Source: Novosphingobium sp. (lineage in GTDB: Bacteria > Pseudomonadota > Alphaproteobacteria > Sphingomonadales > Sphingomonadaceae). From it: DNA of 64,000 bases. Position 1 is the first letter of the stretch; every line of letters begins with the position of its first letter. Location of the stretch: NCBI RefSeq assembly GCF_016719755.1, contig NZ_JADJYM010000004.1; one strand, given 5' to 3'. The notes under the pieces were generated by a model. That model ran no database searches and was not told the DNA's origin. It saw only the letters and a program-made list of their open reading frames with translations. The position numbers and the translations under genes were made by a program. This document shows, one piece after another, positions 27,181 to 35,546 of the stretch.

Positions 27181-27991
27181 GCAGGAATTCCAGGCAGTGG
27201 CGGTTGAACTCCTCGGCGCGCTCGACCTGCACCCAGTGACCGGTGCGGGTGAAGGTCATGCAGCGGGCATCCTGGCACAGGTCCAGGAAATGGCGTGCGC
27301 CGCTTTCCGGGCAGAACTCGTCATTGAGCCCCCACAGCACGAAGACCGGCACTTTCAGCTCGCCCAGACGCGGGCCAAGGTTTGGGGTGCGCATCCGCAT
27401 CAACACGTCCTTGGGCTGGGTGCGGGCAACCGCAAAGCGTTCCTCAACCAAGGCCTCGGGGATATTCGGCGCGAAATCGGGATGGACGAGATTGCCGATC
27501 AGGCGGCGCTGCTCGTCCAGGTTGAAGTCCGGCCCGCCGAAGTTGGACACCATCCTGGTGATCCCCGGCATCTTGAAGTAGTCGGCCTGCTCCTCGACGC
27601 AGCCCGGCGCCATCAGCACCAGCCGCTCGGCAAACTCCGGGTGGTCGAGCGTCAGCTGGATCGCCACACCGCCGCCCAGCGAGTTGCCGACCAGCGTCGC
27701 CCGTTCGATCCCGTGGGCACGGAGCGCCTGGTAGAGCGTGTCGGTGAACAGCTGCAGGGTATAGTCGATACCCTCCGGCTTGGACGAAGCGCCATAGCCG
27801 ATCAGGTCCGGCAGGATCACCCGATAACCGGCCGCCACGAATTCCGGCCAGTTCTGGCGGAAGTTCGACGCGCCGGACGCGCCGGGTCCGCTGCCGTGGA
27901 CGAAGACCACCACCGGTCCTTCGCCCGCTTCCTTGAGGTGGATCGAATGGCCGCCCTCGACCGCATAGGTCGCTTCGCGAAGCTGGGTCAT
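27173..27991 (-). CDS. hsaD: Alpha/beta-hydrolase, meta-cleavage product hydrolase (HsaD/TesD-like)
   Basis: HGSGPGASG oxyanion region and GNSLGGG nucleophile elbow, 272 aa. Flanked by hsaA-like and flavin reductase genes. Confidence 0.75.
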   Translation of the reverse strand: MTQLREATYAVEGGHSIHLKEAGEGPVVVFVHGSGPGASGASNFRQNWPEFVAAGYRVILPDLIGYGASSKPEGIDYTLQLFTDTLYQALRAHGIERATLVGNSLGGGVAIQLTLDHPEFAERLVLMAPGCVEEQADYFKMPGITRMVSNFGGPDFNLDEQRRLIGNLVHPDFAPNIPEALVEERFAVARTQPKDVLMRMRTPNLGPRLGELKVPVFVLWGLNDEFCPESGARHFLDLCQDARCMTFTRTGHWVQVERAEEFNRHCLEFLRG

Positions 27992-27999
27992 GGCGCGCC

Positions 28000-29214
28000 T
28001 CAGAGAAAGGGGTTGAGCGGATCGGCACCCAGCATGGTGCCGATCGCATCGCCGGTGCGGTTGTTGGGATCGTTGGCCACGTGGGCGCGGCCCGCGTGGA
28101 GATCGAGCCAGGGCTGGATGATCTCGCTACTGGTGTAGATCGCCCGCCCGCCCAGCAGCTGCACCACATCGTCGATCAGCCCGGCGAGGCGCCGCACCAC
28201 CGTGGCCGACTGGTAGGTATAGAACGCGCGCTTCTCCATCGGGATGGCCTCGCCGCGCTCCGCATAGCCCATCAGGTCCTCGAAGGTCAGGCGCAGGGTG
28301 GTCTCCATCTCGCCCTTCTCCGCGATCGCCCGGGCCAGCGCGGCGTGGAGGATCGGGTCGGCCTTCGATGCCTTGCCGGTGTTGGTCGAAACGCGGTCCT
28401 GCATGATCGCGAGGCCCGCATTGATCGCCGCCTGCGCGCCGCCAAAGGCCGCGGTGGAGACCGAACGGGTGAAGACCTGCGCCCAGGGCAGGCGATAGAG
28501 CGGACCGGTGTTCACTTCCTGCCCGGGGTTCTGGCAGAGGAACCCGTCGATCGAGCGGTGAGTACGGTAATCGGGCACAAACACGTCATCGACGATGATG
28601 TCATGGCTGCCGGTGCCCTGCAGGCCGAATACGTGCCACGCGTCCTCATCAATCGCGTAGTCGCTGCGCGGCAGCAGGAAAGTGCGCATTTCCGCCGGGG
28701 TACCATCGTCCTTCGGCGGGCAGAACGCACCGAGCAGCACCCAGCCGCAATGGGTCGATCCGGTCGAGAAGCCCCAGCGCCCCGACAGGCGGAATCCGCC
28801 CTCGACATGGGTAACCTTGCCGACCGGCTGATAGGTGGAAGAAACCAGCATCGCGGGATCGGCGCCCCACACCTCTTCCTGCGCCTGGTCATGGAACAGC
28901 GCCATCTCGTAAGGGTGGCAACCGACCACGCCGTACATCCAGCCGGTCGACATGCAGCCTTCGGCCAGCGCCTTCTGCACATCGAAGAACACGTTGGGGT
29001 GCATCTCGTAGCCGCCCCAGCGACGCGGCTGGAGGATGCGGAAAAAGCCCGCTTCCTGCATCTCGGCAATCGTTTCGGCAGGCACGTTGCGTTCGCGGGT
29101 GCATTGTTTTGCACGGGATTTCAACACCGGGATCATCGCGCGGGCACGGGCAACGAGTTCCCCGGCGGTGGGCGCGGTGGCCATGCTGTCGATCTGCTGC
29201 GCGGCGGTAGCCAT
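28000..29214 (-). CDS. hsaA: Two-component flavin-dependent monooxygenase, oxygenase subunit with acyl-CoA dehydrogenase fold (HsaA/TesA1-like)
   Basis: 404 aa. FFRILQPRRWGGYEMHP...GSHDIIVDDVFVP. Context: reductase and hydrolase in the same operon, extradiol dioxygenase in the divergent operon. Confidence 0.7.
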   Translation of the reverse strand: MATAAQQIDSMATAPTAGELVARARAMIPVLKSRAKQCTRERNVPAETIAEMQEAGFFRILQPRRWGGYEMHPNVFFDVQKALAEGCMSTGWMYGVVGCHPYEMALFHDQAQEEVWGADPAMLVSSTYQPVGKVTHVEGGFRLSGRWGFSTGSTHCGWVLLGAFCPPKDDGTPAEMRTFLLPRSDYAIDEDAWHVFGLQGTGSHDIIVDDVFVPDYRTHRSIDGFLCQNPGQEVNTGPLYRLPWAQVFTRSVSTAAFGGAQAAINAGLAIMQDRVSTNTGKASKADPILHAALARAIAEKGEMETTLRLTFEDLMGYAERGEAIPMEKRAFYTYQSATVVRRLAGLIDDVVQLLGGRAIYTSSEIIQPWLDLHAGRAHVANDPNNRTGDAIGTMLGADPLNPFL

Positions 29215-29394
29215 TTCTCCCGACTCCTTTGTCTCGACTCATGCCGCTCAATTCGACGGCTTCGTAAAATTTTTTATCGTTTGATACGCAAATCGTCAAT
29301 TGAAAACCCGTTTCGCTTCCGATAATGCGCATTTCATACAGGATTGAAACCGCGATTCCGCGAAGGACGCATTTTGGAAGGGGGAACAGCCGGC
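29215..29394. promoter_or_regulatory. AT-rich divergent promoter island E, with TTCGTAA (29261)...ATCGTT (29276)...TACGCAAAT (29285-29293) and ATGCGCAT (29325-29332)
   Basis: Read directly, between the hsaA-like operon and the 19-gene plus-strand operon. Confidence 0.5.
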
Positions 29395-30168
29395 TTGGCA
29401 CAGGCGCTATCCATCGACCTGTCGGGACAGGTGGCGATCGTCACCGGCGGCACGCGCGGGCTGGGGCGGGACATCGCCGCAGCGCTGGCGCAGGCTGGCG
29501 CCCGGGTCGTGGCCTTCGCGCGCAACGCGCCGGAAGCCCCCATCGACGGCGTCAGCTTCCTTCCGGGCGACATCCGCGATGCCGAAGTGGCGAAGGCGTT
29601 GGTGGATCAGGTCGCCGCCCGGCACGGGCGGCTCGACATTCTGGTCAACAATGCCGGCGGTTCGCCCGCCGTGGCCGCCGAAGCGGCAAGCCCGCGTTTT
29701 GTCGAGGCGATCCTCAAGCTCAATCTCGTCGCCCCGCTGCATCTGGCGCAGGCGGCTTATCCCCACATGGCCAAGCTCGGCGGCGGCGCGATCGTCAACA
29801 TCGCCAGCGTCTCCGGCATCCGTCCCTCCCCCGGCACCGCCGTCTACGGCGCGGCCAAGGCGGGGCTGCTGAACCTGACGCAAAGCCTTGCGCAGGAGTG
29901 GGGACCGACCGGGATCCGCGTCAACGCGATCATCGCCGGGCTGATGCAGACCGAAACCGCCGAAGCGACCTATGGCGATGCCGAGGCGCAGGCGGCGGTT
30001 GGCCGGTCGATGCCGCTGCAACGCATGGGCACCGGCGCGGACCTGGCAGGCGCGGTGCTGTGGCTGTGCTCGCCCATGGCGGCCTGGGTCAGCGGCGCGC
30101 GCATCAATGTCGATGGCGGGGGCGAGCGCCCGTATTTTCTGGATCTGGTGAAAGGGGCCGAGGCCTGA
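29395..30168 (+). CDS. SDR-family oxidoreductase
   Basis: VTGGTRGLGRDI and YGAAKAGL. The start is uncertain: in-frame TTG 29395 with GGAAGGGGGAA upstream is preferred, and the track start is TTG 29344. Confidence 0.8.
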   Translation: MAQALSIDLSGQVAIVTGGTRGLGRDIAAALAQAGARVVAFARNAPEAPIDGVSFLPGDIRDAEVAKALVDQVAARHGRLDILVNNAGGSPAVAAEAASPRFVEAILKLNLVAPLHLAQAAYPHMAKLGGGAIVNIASVSGIRPSPGTAVYGAAKAGLLNLTQSLAQEWGPTGIRVNAIIAGLMQTETAEATYGDAEAQAAVGRSMPLQRMGTGADLAGAVLWLCSPMAAWVSGARINVDGGGERPYFLDLVKGAEA

Positions 30169-31088
30169 TGAGTGTGAAGTCGCTGGGCTATGTCGTGATC
30201 GAAGCGACCCGGCCGGCCGAATGGGACCGGTTCCTGACCCGCGTCGCGGGCGCCATGCGCGCGCCCGACGCGGCGGACGGCGCGGCGCTTTACCGTGTGG
30301 ACGAACGCTCGTTCCGCTTCCGGATCGAAGGCGGCGCGGCCGACCGGCTGGTTGCGCCGGGCTATGAAGTGGAAAGCGCGGCCGCTTATGAAGCGCTTGC
30401 CGCGAAGATCGCCGCCGCCGGGCGCGAGGTGCTTCGCGCCTCTGCCGGGGAGGCAGCAGCGCGCGGGGTCTCCGCGTTCTTCCGCACAAGCGATCCAGCG
30501 GGCAACGGCCTGGAATTCTATCATGGCGACAGCCGCAGCGACGCACCGTTTGTCTCGCCCGCGGGCGTATCCCGCTTCGTCACTGGCGACCTGGGCATGG
30601 GCCACGCGGTGCTGTGCGCCCCGAACTTTGCCGAAACGGTGGCCTTCTACTGCGATGTCGTAGGCTTTGGGCAGACCGACATGCCGCGCTTCTATTTCAA
30701 TGGCGGCCCGCCGGAAGATCCCGGCATGGGATTTGCCTTTCTCCACGCCAGCAACGGGCGCCACCACAGCCTGGCGCTGGGCGAAGGACCGGTGCCGCCT
30801 TCGGGCTGCGTTCACCTGATGCTCGAAATGCCGGACCTGATCGAAGTAGGCAAGGCGCACGACCGGATGCGCGCCGAGGGCTTCCCCGAGAGCGCGACGC
30901 TGGGCCGCCACGTCAACGACGAGATGACCAGCTTCTATGTCCAGACCCCGGCCGGGTTCGACCTTGAGATCGGCTGCGACGGGCTGGTGATCGATCCGGC
31001 CAGTTGGGAGACCACCCGGCACGAGGCAATCAGCGTGTGGGGCCATGTCTGGGCCTGGCAGGAAGCAATGAAAAAGGCGGCTCAGTGA
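30168..31088 (+). CDS. hsaC: Type I extradiol (vicinal oxygen chelate) dioxygenase, HsaC/TesB-like
   Basis: 306 aa, two-domain. Spacing of GHAVL...HHSLAL...FYVQTPAGFDLEIG is consistent with a His/His/Glu iron triad. ATG overlaps the upstream TGA (TGATG). Confidence 0.75.
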   Translation: MSVKSLGYVVIEATRPAEWDRFLTRVAGAMRAPDAADGAALYRVDERSFRFRIEGGAADRLVAPGYEVESAAAYEALAAKIAAAGREVLRASAGEAAARGVSAFFRTSDPAGNGLEFYHGDSRSDAPFVSPAGVSRFVTGDLGMGHAVLCAPNFAETVAFYCDVVGFGQTDMPRFYFNGGPPEDPGMGFAFLHASNGRHHSLALGEGPVPPSGCVHLMLEMPDLIEVGKAHDRMRAEGFPESATLGRHVNDEMTSFYVQTPAGFDLEIGCDGLVIDPASWETTRHEAISVWGHVWAWQEAMKKAAQ

Positions 31089-31966
31089 TGCTCGACAAGC
31101 GGATGACCCCGGCGGAGATCGTCGGCCAGTTGCAGGACGGAATGACGCTGGGGATCGGCGGCTGGGGGCCACGGCGCAAGCCGATGGCTCTGGTGCGCGA
31201 GATCCTGCGCTCGGACCTCAAGGACCTGACCGTGGTCGCCTATGGCGGCGCGGACGTGGGGATGCTCTGCGCGGCGGGCAAGGTGAAGAAACTGGTCTTC
31301 GCCTTCGTCAGCCTCGACGCGATCCCGCTTGAGCCATGGTTCCGCAAGGCCCGCGAAGCCGGACAGATCGAGGTGCTGGAACTGGATGAGGGCATGTTCC
31401 AGTGGGGGCTGAAAGCCGCCGCATTCGGCCTGCCCTTCCTGCCCACCCGCGTCGGGCTGGGCACCGATCTTGCCGAACTGGGCGGGCTGAAAACCGTGCA
31501 GTCGCCTTATCCCGATGGCGAAGTGCTGATCGCCATGCCCGCGCTGAAGCTTGATGCCGCGCTGCTCCACGTCAACCGCAGCGACTGGCGCGGCAACGTC
31601 CACCTGTTCGGCCCGGACGTCTATTACGACGAATGGTTCGCCCGCGCGGCGGCAAAAACCTATGTTTCGTGCGAGGAACTGGTCGACCGGATGGAAGACC
31701 ATTACCCGCAGGACGCACAAGCCAACATCGTAGAACGCGCGTTCATTTCGGGCGTTACTGAACTGCCTGGCGGCGCGCATCCTTCCTCGATGCCGCCGGC
31801 CTATGGCTGGGACATGAAAGCCTTCAAGGCCTATGCCGACGCGGCAAAGGATCCGGGTGACTGGGCAGCGGTCAGGGACCGCTTTGTCGGCGCATCCGAG
31901 GCCGAATATCTTGCAACCTTTGGCGGAAAGGAGGCGGTAGCGGCTCTCCCGCTGCCGATTTTCTGA
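31088..31966 (+). CDS. ipdA: CoA-transferase subunit A (IpdA-like)
   Basis: 292 aa. MTLGIGGWGPRRKPMALVREIL...GLPFLPTRVGLGTDL. Adjacent to subunit B, with TGATG junctions on both sides. Confidence 0.7.
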   Translation: MLDKRMTPAEIVGQLQDGMTLGIGGWGPRRKPMALVREILRSDLKDLTVVAYGGADVGMLCAAGKVKKLVFAFVSLDAIPLEPWFRKAREAGQIEVLELDEGMFQWGLKAAAFGLPFLPTRVGLGTDLAELGGLKTVQSPYPDGEVLIAMPALKLDAALLHVNRSDWRGNVHLFGPDVYYDEWFARAAAKTYVSCEELVDRMEDHYPQDAQANIVERAFISGVTELPGGAHPSSMPPAYGWDMKAFKAYADAAKDPGDWAAVRDRFVGASEAEYLATFGGKEAVAALPLPIF

Positions 31967-32757
31967 TGGGCGACGTAACTCTCGCAGAACTCTGCATCTT
32001 TGCCTGCTCCGAAGCGTTTCGCAGCAATGGCGAGATCGTCGCGACCGGGGTCGGTCCGGTGCCGCGCATCGCCGCTGGCCTGGCCAAGCTGACCCACACG
32101 CCGGAACTGATGATGACCGATGGCGAGGCCTATCTGGTCGAGCAGCCGGTACCGCTGGGGCCGCGCGGTTATGATGATCGCAAGGCGGCGGGTTATCTGC
32201 CGTTCTCGCGCTTCTTCGATGCGGCGGTGTGGAGCGGGCGACGCCATGCGATGGTGACCCCCACCCAGATCGATCGCTTTGGCCAGATCAACCTGTCGCA
32301 GCTGGGCGGCACGCACAAGCAGCCCAAGACCCAGATGCTGGGCGTGCGCGGCTTCCCCGGCAACACAATCTACCATCCCAACAGCTTCTTCTTCCCCGGC
32401 CACACGGCGCGCGTGTTCGTTGGCGGCGAGGTCGATATGGTTTCGGGCGTGGGCTACAACCCGGCAAAGCGGGTGGCGGGCGGCAACTATTCCGCCGTCG
32501 ACCTGCGGCGCATTGTCACCAATCTGTGCGTGATGGACTTCGGCGGGCCGGATCACGCGATCCGCGTCGTCTCGCTCCATCCCGGCGTGAGCTTTGCTGA
32601 AGTGCAGGAGGCGACCGGGTTCGAGCTGATTGACGCGGTCGCGGGGGAAACCCCGCTGCCCGATGCCGAAGCGCTCGACATCATCGCCCGGCTCGACCCG
32701 CACGGCGTCCGCGCCAGTGTCATAAAGGACAATCCCCCAGCTCGGAGGACCGCATGA
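31966..32757 (+). CDS. ipdB: CoA-transferase subunit B (IpdB-like)
   Basis: 263 aa. EIVATGVGPVPRIAAGLAKLTHTPELMMTDGEAY. Confidence 0.7.
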   Translation: MGDVTLAELCIFACSEAFRSNGEIVATGVGPVPRIAAGLAKLTHTPELMMTDGEAYLVEQPVPLGPRGYDDRKAAGYLPFSRFFDAAVWSGRRHAMVTPTQIDRFGQINLSQLGGTHKQPKTQMLGVRGFPGNTIYHPNSFFFPGHTARVFVGGEVDMVSGVGYNPAKRVAGGNYSAVDLRRIVTNLCVMDFGGPDHAIRVVSLHPGVSFAEVQEATGFELIDAVAGETPLPDAEALDIIARLDPHGVRASVIKDNPPARRTA

Positions 32758-33653
32758 CCGACCTTGTCCAGCCCAAGAACGTCGAAATAACCTACGAAAC
32801 CGGCGAACCCGTCCGCTACGAAGTCGAAGGCGGCGTCGCCTGGATCACGATGAACCGTCCGGGCTTCAACAATGCCCAGAACGGACAGATGACCTATGCG
32901 CTGGACGATGCATTCCAGCGCGCGGTGAAGGACGATGCGGTCCGCGCCATCGTGCTGGCGGGCGAAGGCAAGCACTTCTCCGCCGGGCACGACATCGGCA
33001 CTCCGGGACGCGATCTCCACAAGGAGTTCGACAACCGCCTGATGGTGCCGCCGCACACCAACAAGCCCGCAGCCGAACTGCTCTACACCCGCGAGCAGGA
33101 ACAGTATCTGGGGATGTGCCGCCGCTGGCGCGACATTCCCAAGCCGACCATTGCCATGGTGCAGGGCGCCTGCATCGCGGGCGGGCTGATGCTGGCCTGG
33201 GTCTGCGACCTGATCGTGGCGAGCGAGGACGCCTTCTTCCAGGACCCGGTCAACCCGCTGATGGGGATTCCGGGGGTGGAATACTTCGCCCACGCCTATG
33301 AACTGCCGCCGCGCGTCGCCAAGGAATTCCTGCTGCTGGGCGAACGGATGCCAGCTGCCCGCGCCTATGACTTCGGCATGGTCAACAAGGTGGTCCCGCG
33401 CGACCAATTGCGCGAGGCGACTGCTGCCTGGGCCAACAAGCTGGCCGGCCAGAACCGGCTGGGCAACTGGCTGAGCAAGCAGGCGATCAACCACGTCGAG
33501 GAACTGCGCGGCAAGCGCGCGGCGATGGACGCGGTGTTCCATATGCACCACTTCGCCCACGCCCAGAACGACCTGGTGACCGGGGATTCGATCGGCGGGG
33601 TCAGCGGCAAGTCGGCGGCCAGCGCCAACAAGTCGGAAGCCGGAAGGGCCTGA
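32754..33653 (+). CDS. Enoyl-CoA hydratase/isomerase (crotonase) family, EchA20-like by context
   Basis: 299 aa crotonase-type sequence VAWITMNRPGFNNAQN...AMVQGACIAGGLMLAWVCD. ATGA overlap with ipdB. Confidence 0.8.
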   Translation: MTDLVQPKNVEITYETGEPVRYEVEGGVAWITMNRPGFNNAQNGQMTYALDDAFQRAVKDDAVRAIVLAGEGKHFSAGHDIGTPGRDLHKEFDNRLMVPPHTNKPAAELLYTREQEQYLGMCRRWRDIPKPTIAMVQGACIAGGLMLAWVCDLIVASEDAFFQDPVNPLMGIPGVEYFAHAYELPPRVAKEFLLLGERMPAARAYDFGMVNKVVPRDQLREATAAWANKLAGQNRLGNWLSKQAINHVEELRGKRAAMDAVFHMHHFAHAQNDLVTGDSIGGVSGKSAASANKSEAGRA

Positions 33654-34786
33654 TGACCGATCCCCTCGCCACGGCTCTGACCGCCCGGCTTGGCTGCCGC
33701 CTGCCAGTGATCCAGACCGCGATGGGCTGGATCGCCACGCCGCAGCTGGTCGCCGCCAGCAGCAACGCGGGCGCCTTCGGGTTCCTGGCGGGCGCGGTGA
33801 TGAAGCCGGCGGAACTGGGCGAGGCGATCGCGCGGCTGAAGGACATGACGCCGCATGGCTTCGGGGTGAACTTCCATTCGTTCCAGCCGGGCGCCGCAGA
33901 GATTGTCGAGATCATCCTTGCCAATGCCGACCGCGTCCGCGCGGTCAGCTTCGGACGCGGGCCGGACGCGAAGATGATCGGCCGGTTCCGCGATGCGGGG
34001 ATCCTGTGCATCCCCACCGTCGGCGCGGTGAAGCACGCCGAGAAGATGGTCCAGCTGGGGTGTGAGATGATCACGGTCCAGGGCGGTGAAGGTGGCGGGC
34101 ACACCGGGTCGGTGCCCACCACCGTCCTGCTGCCGCAGGTGCTGGATGCGGTGGACGTGCCGGTGGTTGCCGCTGGCGGCTTTGGCGACGGACGCGGCCT
34201 TGCCGCCGCGCTCGCCTGGGGCGCAGCCGGCATCGCCATGGGCACGCGCTTCCTGATGACAGTGGAAAGCCCTGTGCCGGACGCACCCAAGGCGGCCTAT
34301 GTCAAGGCGGGGACCGGCGACATCGCCGTTTCCACCAAGGTCGACGGCATCCCACAGCGGATGATCCTCAACCCGCTGCTGCGGCGGATCGAAGGTTCGG
34401 GCAAGCTTGCCATGTGGGTGCGCGCCATGGAGGCGGGCCTCGAAATGAAGCGCCAGACCGGGATGGGCTGGGGCGAAGTGCTGGGCGCGGCGCGCGGCAT
34501 GACCAGCCACGGCGAAATGCCGCTCAGCGCCGCGATGATGGCCGCTGCCGCGCCGATGATGATCCAGCGCGCGGTCGTATCGGGCGATGCCGAACACGGC
34601 CTGATGGCAACCGGCTTGGTCGCCGGGCGGCTGAACGACCTGCCGACCTGCGACGACCTTCTGCACCAGATCGAAGCGCAGGCGCGCAGGCGCATTGCGA
34701 GCCTTACCCAACAGCCGTTCGTGTCGAGCGAAGTCGAGACACCTGCGCACGGCATCTCGACTTCGCTCGATGCGAACGGAGGTTAG
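33653..34786 (+). CDS. Nitronate monooxygenase-type FMN oxidoreductase (IpdC-like by context); last ~24 codons encoded by a palindromic repeat
   Basis: VIQTAMGWIATPQLVAASSNAGAFGFLAG and ITVQGGEGGGHTG. The C-terminal PFVSSEVETPAHGISTSLDANGG is the translation of the hairpin at 34715-34779. Confidence 0.8.
   Translation: MTDPLATALTARLGCRLPVIQTAMGWIATPQLVAASSNAGAFGFLAGAVMKPAELGEAIARLKDMTPHGFGVNFHSFQPGAAEIVEIILANADRVRAVSFGRGPDAKMIGRFRDAGILCIPTVGAVKHAEKMVQLGCEMITVQGGEGGGHTGSVPTTVLLPQVLDAVDVPVVAAGGFGDGRGLAAALAWGAAGIAMGTRFLMTVESPVPDAPKAAYVKAGTGDIAVSTKVDGIPQRMILNPLLRRIEGSGKLAMWVRAMEAGLEMKRQTGMGWGEVLGAARGMTSHGEMPLSAAMMAAAAPMMIQRAVVSGDAEHGLMATGLVAGRLNDLPTCDDLLHQIEAQARRRIASLTQQPFVSSEVETPAHGISTSLDANGG
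34715..34779. repeat. REP-like palindromic element: 25-nt arms (23/25 complementary) around a 15-nt loop
   Basis: Left arm CCGTTCGTGTCGAGCGAAGTCGAGA (34715-34739) and right arm TCTCGACTTCGCTCGATGCGAACGG (34755-34779). The 3' end touches the GGAGG Shine-Dalgarno of the next gene. Confidence 0.85.
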
Positions 34787-34790
34787 TTTC

Positions 34791-35546
34791 ATGGGAATTT
34801 CCACGACCATCAATGATCGGGTTGCCGAGATCGTCTTCGACGTTCCCCCGGTCAACGCCTTCGACAGCGAAACCTGGATGGCGCTGCCCGCGATCATCAC
34901 CGCCGCTGCCAGCAACCCTGAAGTCAACTGCGTGCTGATCCGCGCGGCGGAGGACGCGCGGGGCTTTTGCGGCGGGGTCGACATCAAGGAAATGCAGGCC
35001 CACCCCGAACGGATCACCGTGCTCAACCGGGGCAATTACCTGACCTTCAAGGCGATCCGCGATGCGGAAGTGCCAGTGGTATCGGCGGTCCACAAGTTCG
35101 TGATCGGCGGCGGCATCGGCATCTGCGGCGCCAGCGACACGATCATCGCGGCGGACGACGCGTTCTTCTCGCTCCCCGAGGTTGACCGGGGCGCGATGGG
35201 CGGGGCCAGCCACCTGTCGCGGATGCTGCCGCTGCACAAGGTCCGCGCCGCCTTCTTCACCGGCGGCAACATCCCGGCTGAGGAAGCCTATCGCCTCGGC
35301 GCGGTCGAGAAGGTCGTGCCGCGCGCGGCGCTGGTGGACGAGGCGCGCGCCTTTTGCGCCGTGATCGCCTCCAAGAGCCGCAAGGCGCTGGTGATCGCCA
35401 AGGAGGCACTCAACGGCCTTGAGCCGCGCGACGTCGATCGCGGCTACCGCTGGGAACAGGGCTTCACGCTCGAAATGTACATGCACGAGGACAGCCAGAA
35501 GAGCCGCGACGCCTTCGTCGAGACGGGCAAGGCCGCGAAGTTCTGA
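34791..35546 (+). CDS. Enoyl-CoA hydratase/isomerase family protein
   Basis: 251 aa. VAEIVFDVPPVNAF...VSAVHKFVIGGGIGICGASD. GGAGG lies 8 nt upstream of the ATG. Confidence 0.85.
   Translation: MGISTTINDRVAEIVFDVPPVNAFDSETWMALPAIITAAASNPEVNCVLIRAAEDARGFCGGVDIKEMQAHPERITVLNRGNYLTFKAIRDAEVPVVSAVHKFVIGGGIGICGASDTIIAADDAFFSLPEVDRGAMGGASHLSRMLPLHKVRAAFFTGGNIPAEEAYRLGAVEKVVPRAALVDEARAFCAVIASKSRKALVIAKEALNGLEPRDVDRGYRWEQGFTLEMYMHEDSQKSRDAFVETGKAAKF

Noticed and set aside
29325-31088. 587-aa ORF covering the SDR and dioxygenase region
   Set aside because: The N-terminal 280 residues are an Arg/Gly-rich alternative frame of the SDR gene. The real product is the 306-aa extradiol dioxygenase starting at ATG 30168.
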